Origin: an uncultured virus (IMG/VR IMGVR_UViG_3300044611_002154)
Lineage: Duplodnaviria; Heunggongvirae; Uroviricota; Caudoviricetes
IMG/VR virus record: IMGVR_UViG_3300044611_002154
Reading direction: 5' to 3' (one strand)
Length of the DNA stretch: 20,000 nt
The translations under genes were made by a program, and so were the position numbers. Shown here piece after piece: positions 6,751 to 14,773 of the stretch (positions are counted from its first letter, which is position 1; every line of letters starts with the position of its first letter). A model generated the notes under the pieces. It saw only the letters and a list, made by a program, of their open reading frames with translations, had not been told where the DNA came from and searched no databases.

Positions 6751-8787
6751 ATGGCATTCTCCATCCTGGACCACATTGAGAAGCTTGAGCCAAGTGATCA
6801 TCCAGGAAAATATATCTGCCCGGCATGCGGCGGCAATGATCTTTCTATCAATGAAAGCAATGGTGCCTATAACTGTTTCAATGATGATTCAGCCAAACAT
6901 CGCGCTGAAATTCGCAACATTCTTGCACCATTAGATCGCTGGGAACGTCCTCTTCGTGATGCACGTTCCTACACTTTCTCCTACAAAAATAAGCAAGGCG
7001 AAACCACAATCAACGTGCATCGTGATGATGCCAGTGGCAAGAAAACAATTCGCCAAGCCTATCCTTCGGTACCACAAGGCACGCATCAACGCAAGGCGTA
7101 CATTGATGAAATAAGAACTACTGTTCTTCCCTATCGCTACGACGAAGCCCTCACTGCTTGTCAAGTGACAGGGCTTCCCATTTTCATTGTTGAAGGCGAA
7201 CTCACCTGCGATAGGCTTTGGGAAATTGGCCTGCCTTCTGTAACTTTCCTTGGTGGTAGTGGACAGTATCGCGCTAACGGCGACTATTCGCTGTTGTTTC
7301 GTGGCAAGAAGATCGTTCTCTGCCCTGATCGCGATGAGCCCGGCATTGCTCTCATGCGAGAAGTGGCTTCAGACAATCCTGGAGCACAATGGCTTTATGC
7401 CGACCCTGATAATTTTGAATGGGATAGCCTTCCTCAAAATGGCGGCTACGACTTAGCTGACTGGTTAGACGATGGTGCAGACCAAGAGTTGATTCTTTCC
7501 TCCATTGTTTCCAAGGATCGCCATGAAGGCAAGGATGGTCTTCCTTCCTACGAGGAAATCATCGGCAGCTTCGAGCGCATGGTCGGCCTTTATGACAATG
7601 ATGCTCGTGTGGCTTTCCAGGCAGCGCAATGGCTAGAAGCTCATGGCGTGAAGATGAGCCAAGCCAATATTGACAAGATGATTGACGAGGCGAAGTCTCG
7701 TTTGTTTGGCAAGGAAGAAATAGAAACTATTGACGTGCTGCAGCTCATTGATGATGATTCCGTTCGTGAATGGCTGATTGCTGGGATCGTTCCTCTTGGT
7801 AGCGTTACGCTTCTTGCCGCGCAAGGCGGCACTGGCAAAACCAGCTTGGTTTACAACTGGGCTCTTGGCGTTGCCACTGGCTCCTCATGGTCTGGTCGTC
7901 GTTGCCTGCCTGGTAAATGCCTGCTCATCTCTGCTGACGAACCATTGTCAGATACTAAAGAGAAGCTTTCTATCATCGGCTATCAAGAAGCCAACATCAA
8001 GCCTGGCATGATTTCCTTCTGGGAAACCTGGCGTTTTGCTCACATGCAACAGCTTGAGCGTTTCATCAAGAAGCATCGTCCAGTGTTTGTCGTTATCGAC
8101 TCGCTCACTGCTTGCTTTGCTGGAATGAATGTTGATCTGATCAAAAGCAATGCGGGCGATTCTCTCTATGCATTGCGCGACATGGCCAATGTCTACAAAT
8201 GCTCCATCGTCATTCTTCACCACTTAAATCGTCAAGGTGGACTTCGTGACAGTTCTAGCTTTGTTGACAATGTGAGCGAAGTGGTGAAGCTCTATCGCCA
8301 GGAAGGTAATTACGATCAAAATCAGTTCATCTTGGAATGGGTGAAGAGCAGGAGTGGCTTAGCTGGTAAACACGTCTTAAAGCGCAATGCCGTGAATTAT
8401 GGATGGGATTACGCCGGGCCTCTAGGCAATTCCATCGCTGAACTTGATCGCGTGGCAAACTATGTGAACATGCGTCCGCATGAGCGTTTCAGTAAGCAGC
8501 AGGTGTCACTAGGCACTGGCATGAACGAGAATGTCACAACTGGCAAGCTCCTCGAAATGGCACGCCGTCAAGGGCTCATCACCAGCAGCTTCATTGTTGG
8601 CCCGCACGATGAACGCACTCGCATGTACCACTCATGGGACTACCAAGGCCCCGATCTGAATTTCAGTTCTCCCAATGAAGAGCAAAATATTGCTCCCGAT
8701 CAGGAAGAACTGCCAACAGCTCCGCCTGTTTCCATGGTTGCCAATGAAAATCTTCCCGAAAAGGAAGATCAGGAAGATTGGTTCTAG
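6751..8787 (+). CDS. Primase-helicase (Zn finger + TOPRIM + AAA_25/RecA-like helicase)
   Basis: CPACGG...YNCF zinc finger; IVEGE..D and PDRDEPG TOPRIM motifs; Walker A GGTGKT; Walker B VVIDS; IVILHH; acidic C-terminus. Confidence 0.92.
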   Translation: MAFSILDHIEKLEPSDHPGKYICPACGGNDLSINESNGAYNCFNDDSAKHRAEIRNILAPLDRWERPLRDARSYTFSYKNKQGETTINVHRDDASGKKTIRQAYPSVPQGTHQRKAYIDEIRTTVLPYRYDEALTACQVTGLPIFIVEGELTCDRLWEIGLPSVTFLGGSGQYRANGDYSLLFRGKKIVLCPDRDEPGIALMREVASDNPGAQWLYADPDNFEWDSLPQNGGYDLADWLDDGADQELILSSIVSKDRHEGKDGLPSYEEIIGSFERMVGLYDNDARVAFQAAQWLEAHGVKMSQANIDKMIDEAKSRLFGKEEIETIDVLQLIDDDSVREWLIAGIVPLGSVTLLAAQGGTGKTSLVYNWALGVATGSSWSGRRCLPGKCLLISADEPLSDTKEKLSIIGYQEANIKPGMISFWETWRFAHMQQLERFIKKHRPVFVVIDSLTACFAGMNVDLIKSNAGDSLYALRDMANVYKCSIVILHHLNRQGGLRDSSSFVDNVSEVVKLYRQEGNYDQNQFILEWVKSRSGLAGKHVLKRNAVNYGWDYAGPLGNSIAELDRVANYVNMRPHERFSKQQVSLGTGMNENVTTGKLLEMARRQGLITSSFIVGPHDERTRMYHSWDYQGPDLNFSSPNEEQNIAPDQEELPTAPPVSMVANENLPEKEDQEDWF

Positions 8788-8919
8788 CTCTCTCGCAATA
8801 GGAGGGAGGCTCTATTGCTAGCCTCCCCGCTGCTTACCGTCGCGAGCAGCTTGAATAGTCTAGCTTTTTCAGCAAGCGATAGTTTTCAATTACCATGAAA
8901 ATTCCATCGCAATGAAAAA

Positions 8920-9057
8920 GTGAAAATTATTTGGGACAACAGTGAGAGCGCGGCGCTTGTGGCGCCGCTTTCGCCTGAAGCACAAAAGAAGCTTGTTGAA
9001 CTTGCAGAAGACTGGTTCAAGGCTCAACCAGATTTTGAAGATGACGATGAAGAATGA
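8920..9057 (+). CDS. Small acidic hypothetical protein (45 aa)
   Basis: GTG start, MKIIWDNSESAALVAPLSPEAQKKLVELAEDWFKAQPDFEDDDEE, ending at a terminator. Confidence 0.55.
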   Translation: MKIIWDNSESAALVAPLSPEAQKKLVELAEDWFKAQPDFEDDDEE

Positions 9058-9081
9058 AAAAGGGGCCATCAGGCCCCTTTG
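9057..9081. terminator. Bidirectional intrinsic terminator
   Basis: AAAAAGGGGCC-ATCA-GGCCCCTTT between convergent small ORFs. Confidence 0.7.
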
Positions 9082-9240
9082 CTATTTGCGCTTACCTTTG
9101 AAGCTTTGAGTGTCTATCAGCTTTTTGAATTCCTCTTCTTCTTTGCCTTTACCATAAAGCCAAGCTCTAGTGCTCTGTCCAGGCTTCGGACCATTCGGTG
9201 GCAGCTTGACGATTTTGTAATCCTTGAATTCTTCGTTCAT
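9082..9240 (-). CDS. Small basic hypothetical protein (52 aa)
   Basis: MNEEFKDYKIVKLPPNGPKPGQSTRAWLYGKGKEEEEFKKLIDTQSFKGKRK; its stop abuts the terminator. Confidence 0.55.
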   Translation of the reverse strand: MNEEFKDYKIVKLPPNGPKPGQSTRAWLYGKGKEEEEFKKLIDTQSFKGKRK

Positions 9241-9340
9241 AGTTCAATTGACGACAGAGCGGGCAGTGAAGCTGAGGGATGAGACGAGGGTCGCTGTATT
9301 TGTGCTTGACCAGCCATTCAGTGATGGCTTCCTTGTCCAT
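9167..9340 (-). CDS. Hypothetical protein (CPLC motif)
   Basis: MDKEAITEWL... internal start of the track ORF; overlaps the downstream ORF by 74 nt. Confidence 0.4.
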   Translation of the reverse strand: MDKEAITEWLVKHKYSDPRLIPQLHCPLCRQLNYERRIQGLQNRQAATEWSEAWTEH

Positions 9341-9540
9341 GGGAAAAGCGGATGAGGCAATGCCATCATGGCGCCGACCAGTTCCATCTCCATTTGCCTT
9401 GTGCCAGAACAAGAAGCTGCATAAACCCGCTTGATTTTGGCTCAAACTCCCTTTACCCTCACCACAGGTCTAGCCAAGTGTCGCAAGCCCATCAGCGATG
9501 GCTCCTTAGCGCATAGGCATGGCCAGCTAGGGCTAGCGTA

Positions 9541-9683
9541 GCCCTCAAGGGCGGAGCGTTCATTCATAAGGCCAAGATCACCTATCAAAAACGATCAAAG
9601 CCCAACGATGCCTAAAACCTCCGCAATGCCGCTCTAGCCAGAGTGGAGCCCCCAAGGGCGAAACGTTCATTGCATAAGGCAAA
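9541..9683. repeat. Two imperfect ~35-bp direct repeats with GCCC-NCAA-GGGC hairpins
   Basis: gccctcaagggcggagcgttcattcataaggc (from 9541) vs gcccccaagggcgaaacgttcattgcataaggc (from 9648). Confidence 0.7.
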
Positions 9684-9738
9684 CAAGCCTTCATTGAACA
9701 AAACTCTCTTTAGTATTGCGAAGGAATTTCTCCTAACA

Positions 9739-9978
9739 ATGCTTAACGCTCCACGAGCAGTTGATCACTTGCCTCTGCTTGAACATAACGGCACTGAAAT
9801 CTTGCCAATTGTTCACTATGGATTTTCTTCTCCTAAGAAAGGGCCGCAACCAGCGGCCCGTACGCTTTACGGAGCACGGGATAACAATGGAGAGCGCCAT
9901 TGGCGCTCTAGCCTGCATGAAATTGAAAAGCTAATTGATAGCGGCTTTACCATTGAGCAGGAGGAGAACGATGCCTGA
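9739..9978 (+). CDS. Hypothetical protein
   Basis: ATG 9739 (MLNAPR) within the track ORF. Confidence 0.65.
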   Translation: MLNAPRAVDHLPLLEHNGTEILPIVHYGFSSPKKGPQPAARTLYGARDNNGERHWRSSLHEIEKLIDSGFTIEQEENDA

Positions 9979-10201
9979 GACAATCAAGAACGAATATTGC
10001 GACAGTCCTAAATCTTGCATGGCCGTAGCTTATCGCCGCGAAACTGGTGATGAGCTAGTACAAGCAGGGTTGGATGCTGCCTATGCGGAAATTATTAGCT
10101 CCTTCCATGGAGAAATGGAGGAGTTTGTAAGGAAGTATTGCCCTAAACGCTTGGTAGAGCTAGATGCCTTGATGGATCAAGCCTTTTGGCAGTATCATTG
10201 A
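9971..10201 (+). CDS. Hypothetical protein
   Basis: ATG 9971 preceded by GAGGAG; overlaps the upstream stop. Confidence 0.7.
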   Translation: MPETIKNEYCDSPKSCMAVAYRRETGDELVQAGLDAAYAEIISSFHGEMEEFVRKYCPKRLVELDALMDQAFWQYH

Positions 10202-10212
10202 TTTTCTGGAAC

Positions 10213-10235
10213 GGGGCGCTTGGTGCGCCCCTTTT
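10213..10235 (+). terminator. Intrinsic terminator
   Basis: GGGGCGC-TTGGT-GCGCCCC-TTTT. Confidence 0.7.
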
Positions 10236-10238
10236 GCT

Positions 10239-10415
10239 ATGACCATTTTTCCTGCATCGTCAGAAGAAGAGCTTTCGCAAGAAGAATGGCAAGAGCTATG
10301 TAGCTTGAAAAAAGCAATTGATGGCTATCCAGCAAGCATGGCCACCGCTCAAATGGAGCGTTTTACTGAACTATTTGTTCGCTCTCTCCATGGAAAAGGA
10401 GATACAATTCATTAG
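10239..10415 (+). CDS. Small hypothetical protein (58 aa; not in ORF track)
   Basis: MTIFPASSEEELSQEEWQELCSLKKAIDGYPASMATAQMERFTELFVRSLHGKGDTIH. Confidence 0.65.
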   Translation: MTIFPASSEEELSQEEWQELCSLKKAIDGYPASMATAQMERFTELFVRSLHGKGDTIH

Positions 10416-10431
10416 AGAATAGCGCGACGTA

Positions 10432-11184
10432 ATGGCTAAGCCTGAGATTGATTTTGAGAGCCCAGAACAGGAGCTTCAATACGCTGCTAATGCATTGAAG
10501 AAAGCCGGCATCAGTCTTACGCAATTTGAAGCAGTGCGCGATACAAAAGTGAATGGCGGCACTGGCGCTGCCGGCTATAGCAAAGAAATGCTTGGCCTTA
10601 GGCGATGGATGGTACAAGAGCTGCTTGCTGCCAGAATGAGCAATCGCCAAATTGCAAATGTTTTAAAGCTAAGCAAAGAAACAGTTAATGGAGACCGGCA
10701 TTTCAATAGGCAGTTATATACAGAAGAAATCCTTAAAAACCAAGACGTGCATCGGGCACGTCTCCTAAAGGAGCAGATGGACCTCAAGGACCTGGCGCTC
10801 AATAGCTTTGAAAGCAGCAAGAAGAAACGCACTGTCACCATCATGGAAGGCGATGGTGAAGGCAGCAAGGAGATGGTCAAAATCGAAGAGAGTGCTGGCG
10901 ATCCATCGTTCCTCAATGTGGCCAAGAACAGCTTGGTGGAACAGGCGAAGCTGCTTGGCCTTAACGAGCACAAGCCTGTAGAACAGCAGGACACGTCCTA
11001 CCGTAAATTCCTGCAAGACCTTTCTTCCACCATTGCAAAGGAGAAGGAAGCGAAGGCTACGGAAGAACGCCGGGAGAATTCTTTGCCTGCATCGGCCTCG
11101 CCAGTATCGTTTGAGACCGAGCCTGAGAAAGAAGAATGGCCGGAGACCATCCCTTTACAAACAATTAATGAGAACGACTATTGA
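10432..11184 (+). CDS. HTH protein, terminase small subunit-like
   Basis: MSNRQIANVLKLSKETVNGD HTH plus AGDPSFL...EQAKLLGL, a pattern seen in TerS-like phage proteins. Confidence 0.6.
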   Translation: MAKPEIDFESPEQELQYAANALKKAGISLTQFEAVRDTKVNGGTGAAGYSKEMLGLRRWMVQELLAARMSNRQIANVLKLSKETVNGDRHFNRQLYTEEILKNQDVHRARLLKEQMDLKDLALNSFESSKKKRTVTIMEGDGEGSKEMVKIEESAGDPSFLNVAKNSLVEQAKLLGLNEHKPVEQQDTSYRKFLQDLSSTIAKEKEAKATEERRENSLPASASPVSFETEPEKEEWPETIPLQTINENDY

Positions 11185-11209
11185 CAAAGGCCGCTAGCGT
11201 GAGCACACT
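11181..11209 (+). promoter_or_regulatory. Sigma70 promoter
   Basis: TTGACA-N17-CACACT. Confidence 0.55.
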
Positions 11210-11229
11210 GTCATTGTTGCTCCCTTCCA

Positions 11230-11664
11230 TTGTCCTCAGATTTTACTTTTTCCACTGCTGAAGCATTTCTGCGTGAAGCTGCTGCAGCAAAGCAGGGCAA
11301 GCGTGAAGCCATTTCTGCTTCCATTGCTCCCCATATCAGCGATCATGCCACTGTAGGCGTGCCTCCCAAGCTTCACGCTGCCATTGAAAGCTTCTTAGAG
11401 CACTATGGTGATGAAACCTACCGCCAGGTGGCGCTGTACTGCCTAGGGAAGTGGTTTGAAGCCCATACGGACGCAGCAGAGGACTTGTTTGGCATTGGTC
11501 AAATGCCAGAAGCAGTGGCGTGCATGATGGATGCCACTCGCATTTCAGACTCTCTCCATCTTATTTGTGAAGTGGGAAGCTTAGGCGGTGATAAGGATTG
11601 GAAAATTATGCTAGAGAAAGAACTCTCTCAAGCCATTCTTGAACACATCGAGGAAGACTTATGA
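11230..11664 (+). CDS. Hypothetical protein
   Basis: 144-aa ORF with TTG start downstream of the promoter. Confidence 0.7.
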   Translation: MSSDFTFSTAEAFLREAAAAKQGKREAISASIAPHISDHATVGVPPKLHAAIESFLEHYGDETYRQVALYCLGKWFEAHTDAAEDLFGIGQMPEAVACMMDATRISDSLHLICEVGSLGGDKDWKIMLEKELSQAILEHIEEDL

Positions 11665-11819
11665 CTCCTTGCCGTACTTTCAAAATCACCACTTCCGAAG
11701 GCAAAACTATTGCTCTAGGCGCCATTTCTCCTAAACAAGCTGAACATTTTATGCTTGCAATGCGTCCTGACATTAAGATTGCCATGATTGAAGAAATTAA
11801 GCCTCTTCCTGAACAATGA
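11661..11819 (+). CDS. Small hypothetical protein (52 aa)
   Basis: MTPCRTFKITTSEGKTIALGAISPKQAEHF...; ATGA overlaps at both ends. Confidence 0.65.
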   Translation: MTPCRTFKITTSEGKTIALGAISPKQAEHFMLAMRPDIKIAMIEEIKPLPEQ

Positions 11820-11983
11820 ACGATTTCATCGGCATTATTTGCAGCAGCGACTGGGGAGCAATGTGGTTAGGACCACTTTCAATTAGCTGGCAGAACAGTA
11901 TGGGTTCTGAAGCATTGCTTCCTCGTCGCACATGGGGCAACACGCTTGTTATCTTCAAAAACCGTGAATTCCTTTTCCATTGA
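11816..11983 (+). CDS. Small hypothetical protein (55 aa)
   Basis: MNDFIGIICSSDWGAMWLGPLSISW...; ATGA-coupled. Confidence 0.6.
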   Translation: MNDFIGIICSSDWGAMWLGPLSISWQNSMGSEALLPRRTWGNTLVIFKNREFLFH

Positions 11984-11989
11984 TTCTTC

Positions 11990-12430
11990 ATGGACACCCA
12001 TCAGCCTTCCTTCATTGTTGAAGGCACACCACTAGCACCCACGGTTCACATTGTGCTTCCTCCTGAGCTTCAAGAAGATGCCAAAGCTTTAGCGGCAGAA
12101 AACATTCATCCTGCATGGAACAAGGCTCAGCGTCGTGGACGCCATTTTGTTATCACGACCAATTCGCTAGACGATCTTTCTGAACTGGCGGACTATGCGC
12201 GAGTGGGCATTGAAGAGCCAGAGCCTGGCCTTTCCAAAAGGAAGCGCCAAGCCTTGCAAATCTTGCTTGATCGCACCAATAGGCACGTCGTGCTAGAGCC
12301 CATGGGCGCATGCCACTGCATTGCCACCAAATGGCGGGACAGACCTCTGCCAAGTCACAAGGCGGCTTATCGCACCACGCTTGAACTCAGGGAAAAAGCA
12401 GGCTCTGTTAAGTATTGTTACAACGCTTGA
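11990..12430 (+). CDS. Hypothetical protein
   Basis: 146-aa ORF in the operon. Confidence 0.65.
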   Translation: MDTHQPSFIVEGTPLAPTVHIVLPPELQEDAKALAAENIHPAWNKAQRRGRHFVITTNSLDDLSELADYARVGIEEPEPGLSKRKRQALQILLDRTNRHVVLEPMGACHCIATKWRDRPLPSHKAAYRTTLELREKAGSVKYCYNA

Positions 12431-12486
12431 CTCGGTCTGCTGAAGGCGGCATACTACAGGGCATGCGGGCGAGAGCTTGCATGCCC
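12404..12486 (+). promoter_or_regulatory. Promoter cassette 1: degenerate HLR1-like box + TTGACT-N17-CATACT + GAGA-loop hairpin
   Basis: Box 12404-12421 (reverse complement GTAACAAT-AC-TTAACAGA); -10 at 12450; 12-bp hairpin 12459-12486. Confidence 0.65.
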
Positions 12487-12501
12487 TTTCTCTTTAAAGC
12501 A

Positions 12502-12831
12502 ATGACTGCAAAGTTTTATCATTGGGGAGAGAAGCTTTCAGCCTTCACTTCTGACAATCGCTTGGTAATGAGCTTCGGCTCTCCCATTGCTAGCGTGCCT
12601 ATCACAGTGAAAGAGCTTCAAGAATTTGTTTGCACATTAGAGCAGGCAATTGACGATGAGCCGAATGTTAAGCAGCGCATTGCGCTCGGTTCTATCAAGC
12701 ACATTTTTCAGGCCTCTCTAAAGCAAGCACAAAAGGATCATGAACAGATTGTCGAAGAAACTCCTACTGGCGCAAATCTGGAAGAATATATGCTTTCTTA
12801 CTCGCGTGCCATCAAAGAAGGAGCTTTCTGA
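12502..12831 (+). CDS. Hypothetical protein
   Basis: ATG 12502 (MTAKFY) follows the promoter cassette. Confidence 0.7.
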   Translation: MTAKFYHWGEKLSAFTSDNRLVMSFGSPIASVPITVKELQEFVCTLEQAIDDEPNVKQRIALGSIKHIFQASLKQAQKDHEQIVEETPTGANLEEYMLSYSRAIKEGAF

Positions 12832-12833
12832 TT

Positions 12834-13007
12834 ATGGCCTTCTTTACTGATGGTGATTACGACAACGATCCTGAGCTTGACTGGGAACGCCCCCAACGTT
12901 TGAACAGACAGTTAAGTCTCCATCAATTGGAGGGTCGTTTAGAGCTATGGAAACAAAAGCATGAGCTTTTGTGCCTTAAACTTTACCGTGCTGCCACTGG
13001 CATTTAA
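12834..13007 (+). CDS. Small hypothetical protein (57 aa)
   Basis: MAFFTDGDYDNDPELDWERPQRL...; tightly packed between neighbours. Confidence 0.6.
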   Translation: MAFFTDGDYDNDPELDWERPQRLNRQLSLHQLEGRLELWKQKHELLCLKLYRAATGI

Positions 13008-13009
13008 TC

Positions 13010-13201
13010 ATGAACAAATTCACCAAACTTCAGCAAATGATTGCAGAAGCCATGGAAGATGACATTCTTCCTGATGATCCGCAAGTGATTGCAGTGATTG
13101 ATGTCATGGCAGAATGGTTTGAACTTGTGCTTGAAGACATGGGCCTTGAGCCTGCTTCTATTCCAGCTTTGCTGCGTTGGCAGTATTTGCATATCAATTG
13201 A
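13010..13201 (+). CDS. Hypothetical protein
   Basis: 63-aa ORF. Confidence 0.65.
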   Translation: MNKFTKLQQMIAEAMEDDILPDDPQVIAVIDVMAEWFELVLEDMGLEPASIPALLRWQYLHIN

Positions 13202-13271
13202 ACGACACAAGTGATTTGCTCTAATCACTTGGTAAGTGACCATGCAAACCAACAAGCTATTGGCATCGAAA

Positions 13272-13625
13272 ATGACTGACAATTATTCTTTTCCCATTAC
13301 CCCGCCGCCTGAGCTGTTTGCCGAGTGGCTCGCTGAGGCCAAGCGACTGCACCCTGGAGAGTCAACTGGCTTCATCGCCGGCGAAGTTGCCAGGCTCGCC
13401 TACCAAGCCGGCGCAGACACTGAGCTAGAGGCGTGCTGTGAGTGGTTCAAAGCCGATCCAGAACTTGTCGATGAACTCCGTGCTGCCCGCCGCCCCAAGC
13501 CGCCGAGCTTGAAAAAGCAGGCGCTGGATGAGCCGGATGGAATCGCAGCGGTATTTCGTATGTCTCACGGTGGCGATCTCGTATGCAACAAAATCCGCCG
13601 TGCACTGGAGCAACTCGATGACTGA
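13272..13625 (+). CDS. PITPPPEL/ELEACC/RRPKPPSLK-family phage protein, copy 1
   Basis: Shares conserved blocks with the next ORF; start at ATG 13272. Confidence 0.8.
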   Translation: MTDNYSFPITPPPELFAEWLAEAKRLHPGESTGFIAGEVARLAYQAGADTELEACCEWFKADPELVDELRAARRPKPPSLKKQALDEPDGIAAVFRMSHGGDLVCNKIRRALEQLDD

Positions 13626-13968
13626 ACACCCCATCACTCCACCACCGGAGCTGATCCAGAGGTGGTCAGAACAGTTTGAAGCAGGGAGATCACTCTATGC
13701 AATGTTTGAAGATATTTACAGAGCAGGAGCAGACGCTGAGCTGGAGGCGTGCTGTATGGAAATTATTGATGGAGAAGGACGTTTCTACATTGACGAAACC
13801 AGTGACCGTGTTCGTTTGACCGAAGATCTCTGGACGACTCGCCGTCCCAAACCGCCGAGCTTGAAGGAACAGGCGCTTGAAGCTTTGGATGAAGAGCAGG
13901 CTGAGCTGAGCATCCAGAATTACAAGCTCATCCGCGCTGTACTTGAATCTCTACCCGATCACGAGTAG
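13618..13968 (+). CDS. PITPPPEL/ELEACC/RRPKPPSLK-family phage protein, copy 2
   Basis: Start MTEHPITPPPEL at 13618; tandem paralog. Confidence 0.8.
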   Translation: MTEHPITPPPELIQRWSEQFEAGRSLYAMFEDIYRAGADAELEACCMEIIDGEGRFYIDETSDRVRLTEDLWTTRRPKPPSLKEQALEALDEEQAELSIQNYKLIRAVLESLPDHE

Positions 13969-13987
13969 TCGCTTCCCCTAATCACTC

Positions 13988-14197
13988 ATGACTGACCAAC
14001 AAAAACTTCAACGCCTTCTTTCCAAGATTCGGGAAACTGCAAATCGCGAGCACTGCCTTGACGAGTGTGGCGATGATTACTGTTCTGCAGACAATGGCAA
14101 TTATGATGATGCCTTTAGCGATGGAACAAACTATGGCGAGATTGCGTTTGCTCGTGAACTGCTTCAGTGTATTACCGACGAGCCTGAAGCCCAGTAG
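13988..14197 (+). CDS. Acidic hypothetical protein
   Basis: 69 aa, flanked by TAG-N9-CTA direct repeats. Confidence 0.7.
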   Translation: MTDQQKLQRLLSKIRETANREHCLDECGDDYCSADNGNYDDAFSDGTNYGEIAFARELLQCITDEPEAQ

Positions 14198-14206
14198 TCA
14201 CCTTCT

Positions 14207-14407
14207 CTAAAAAGCCCCATCAGGGGCCTTTTCTTTTGCCCAAGTATGATCTCCAGGAATTGGTTCCATTGAAGCTTCCCATGAATCGTAGTCTGGTTCA
14301 TTGCGAGGATCATAGATTTCCTCACTCGGTGGAATATAAATTTCTCCCCTACTAAGCCATCGTGCAAGACGTTCGCGTTCCTGCTCAGAAGACAATTTCC
14401 TTTTCAT
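14207..14407 (-). CDS. Hypothetical protein
   Basis: 66-aa ORF, convergent, ending in a hairpin. Confidence 0.55.
   Translation of the reverse strand: MKRKLSSEQERERLARWLSRGEIYIPPSEEIYDPRNEPDYDSWEASMEPIPGDHTWAKEKAPDGAF
14209..14238. terminator. Bidirectional terminator
   Basis: AAAAA-GCCCC-ATCA-GGGGC-CTTTTCTTTT. Confidence 0.6.
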
Positions 14408-14440
14408 GGAAAACCAACTAATCTTCTCTAGCTTATCTAG

Positions 14441-14660
14441 GCAAAAGAAAAGGGGGCCAAAGCCCCCGTCTCTTTACAGTCTCCGATACTCGAACACAAC
14501 TAGGGGAAAACTCCTCGCCTAGAAGGGCGGCGTGCCTCTCAGGAGAATGACTAGCTCCTTGGCGAAGCTATACAGCATCACCCACGCCACCGTCAAGCGT
14601 TCACCCTCACGGCCCGCCTTACGACAGGAGAAGCAATTAAGCCTCTAGAACCGACTGCTC
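14441..14660 (-). ncRNA. Candidate structured non-coding RNA (~220 nt)
   Basis: Extended -10 TGtTACAGT upstream (14665-14673); five or more stems; ends in GGGGGCTTTGGCCCCC-TTTTCTTTT; no ORF in the track. Confidence 0.55.
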
Positions 14661-14708
14661 ACAAACTGTAACACATGCTGCTGCTCACGACGGCATGCTT
14701 GACAGGCA

Positions 14709-14746
14709 TGGCACAATGGTAAGACCGTTGTCCGCGAGGGCGATGG
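14709..14746 (+). promoter_or_regulatory. Extended -10 promoter and 5' GCGA hairpin for rlpA
   Basis: TGgCACAAT at 14709-14717; hairpin CCGTTGTCC-GCGA-GGGCGATGG at 14725-14746. Confidence 0.5.
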
Positions 14747-14773
14747 GCCTCTCTAGTTCTTTTCACCATTTTG

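Noticed and set aside
13272..13968. Diversity-generating retroelement TR/VR pair
   Set aside because: Differences are not adenine-specific, both copies are intact ORFs, and there is no reverse transcriptase in the window
14470..14500. tRNA suggested by GTTCGAGT on the minus strand
   Set aside because: No T-stem pairing, cloverleaf or acceptor stem around it
14520..14560. Hammerhead ribozyme core in the candidate ncRNA
   Set aside because: CTGAGAG does not fit CUGANGA and there is no properly placed GAAA
14699..14727. TTGACA at 14699 as the -35 of rlpA
   Set aside because: No plausible -10 at 16-18 nt spacing; the extended -10 at 14709-14717 fits the 5' hairpin better
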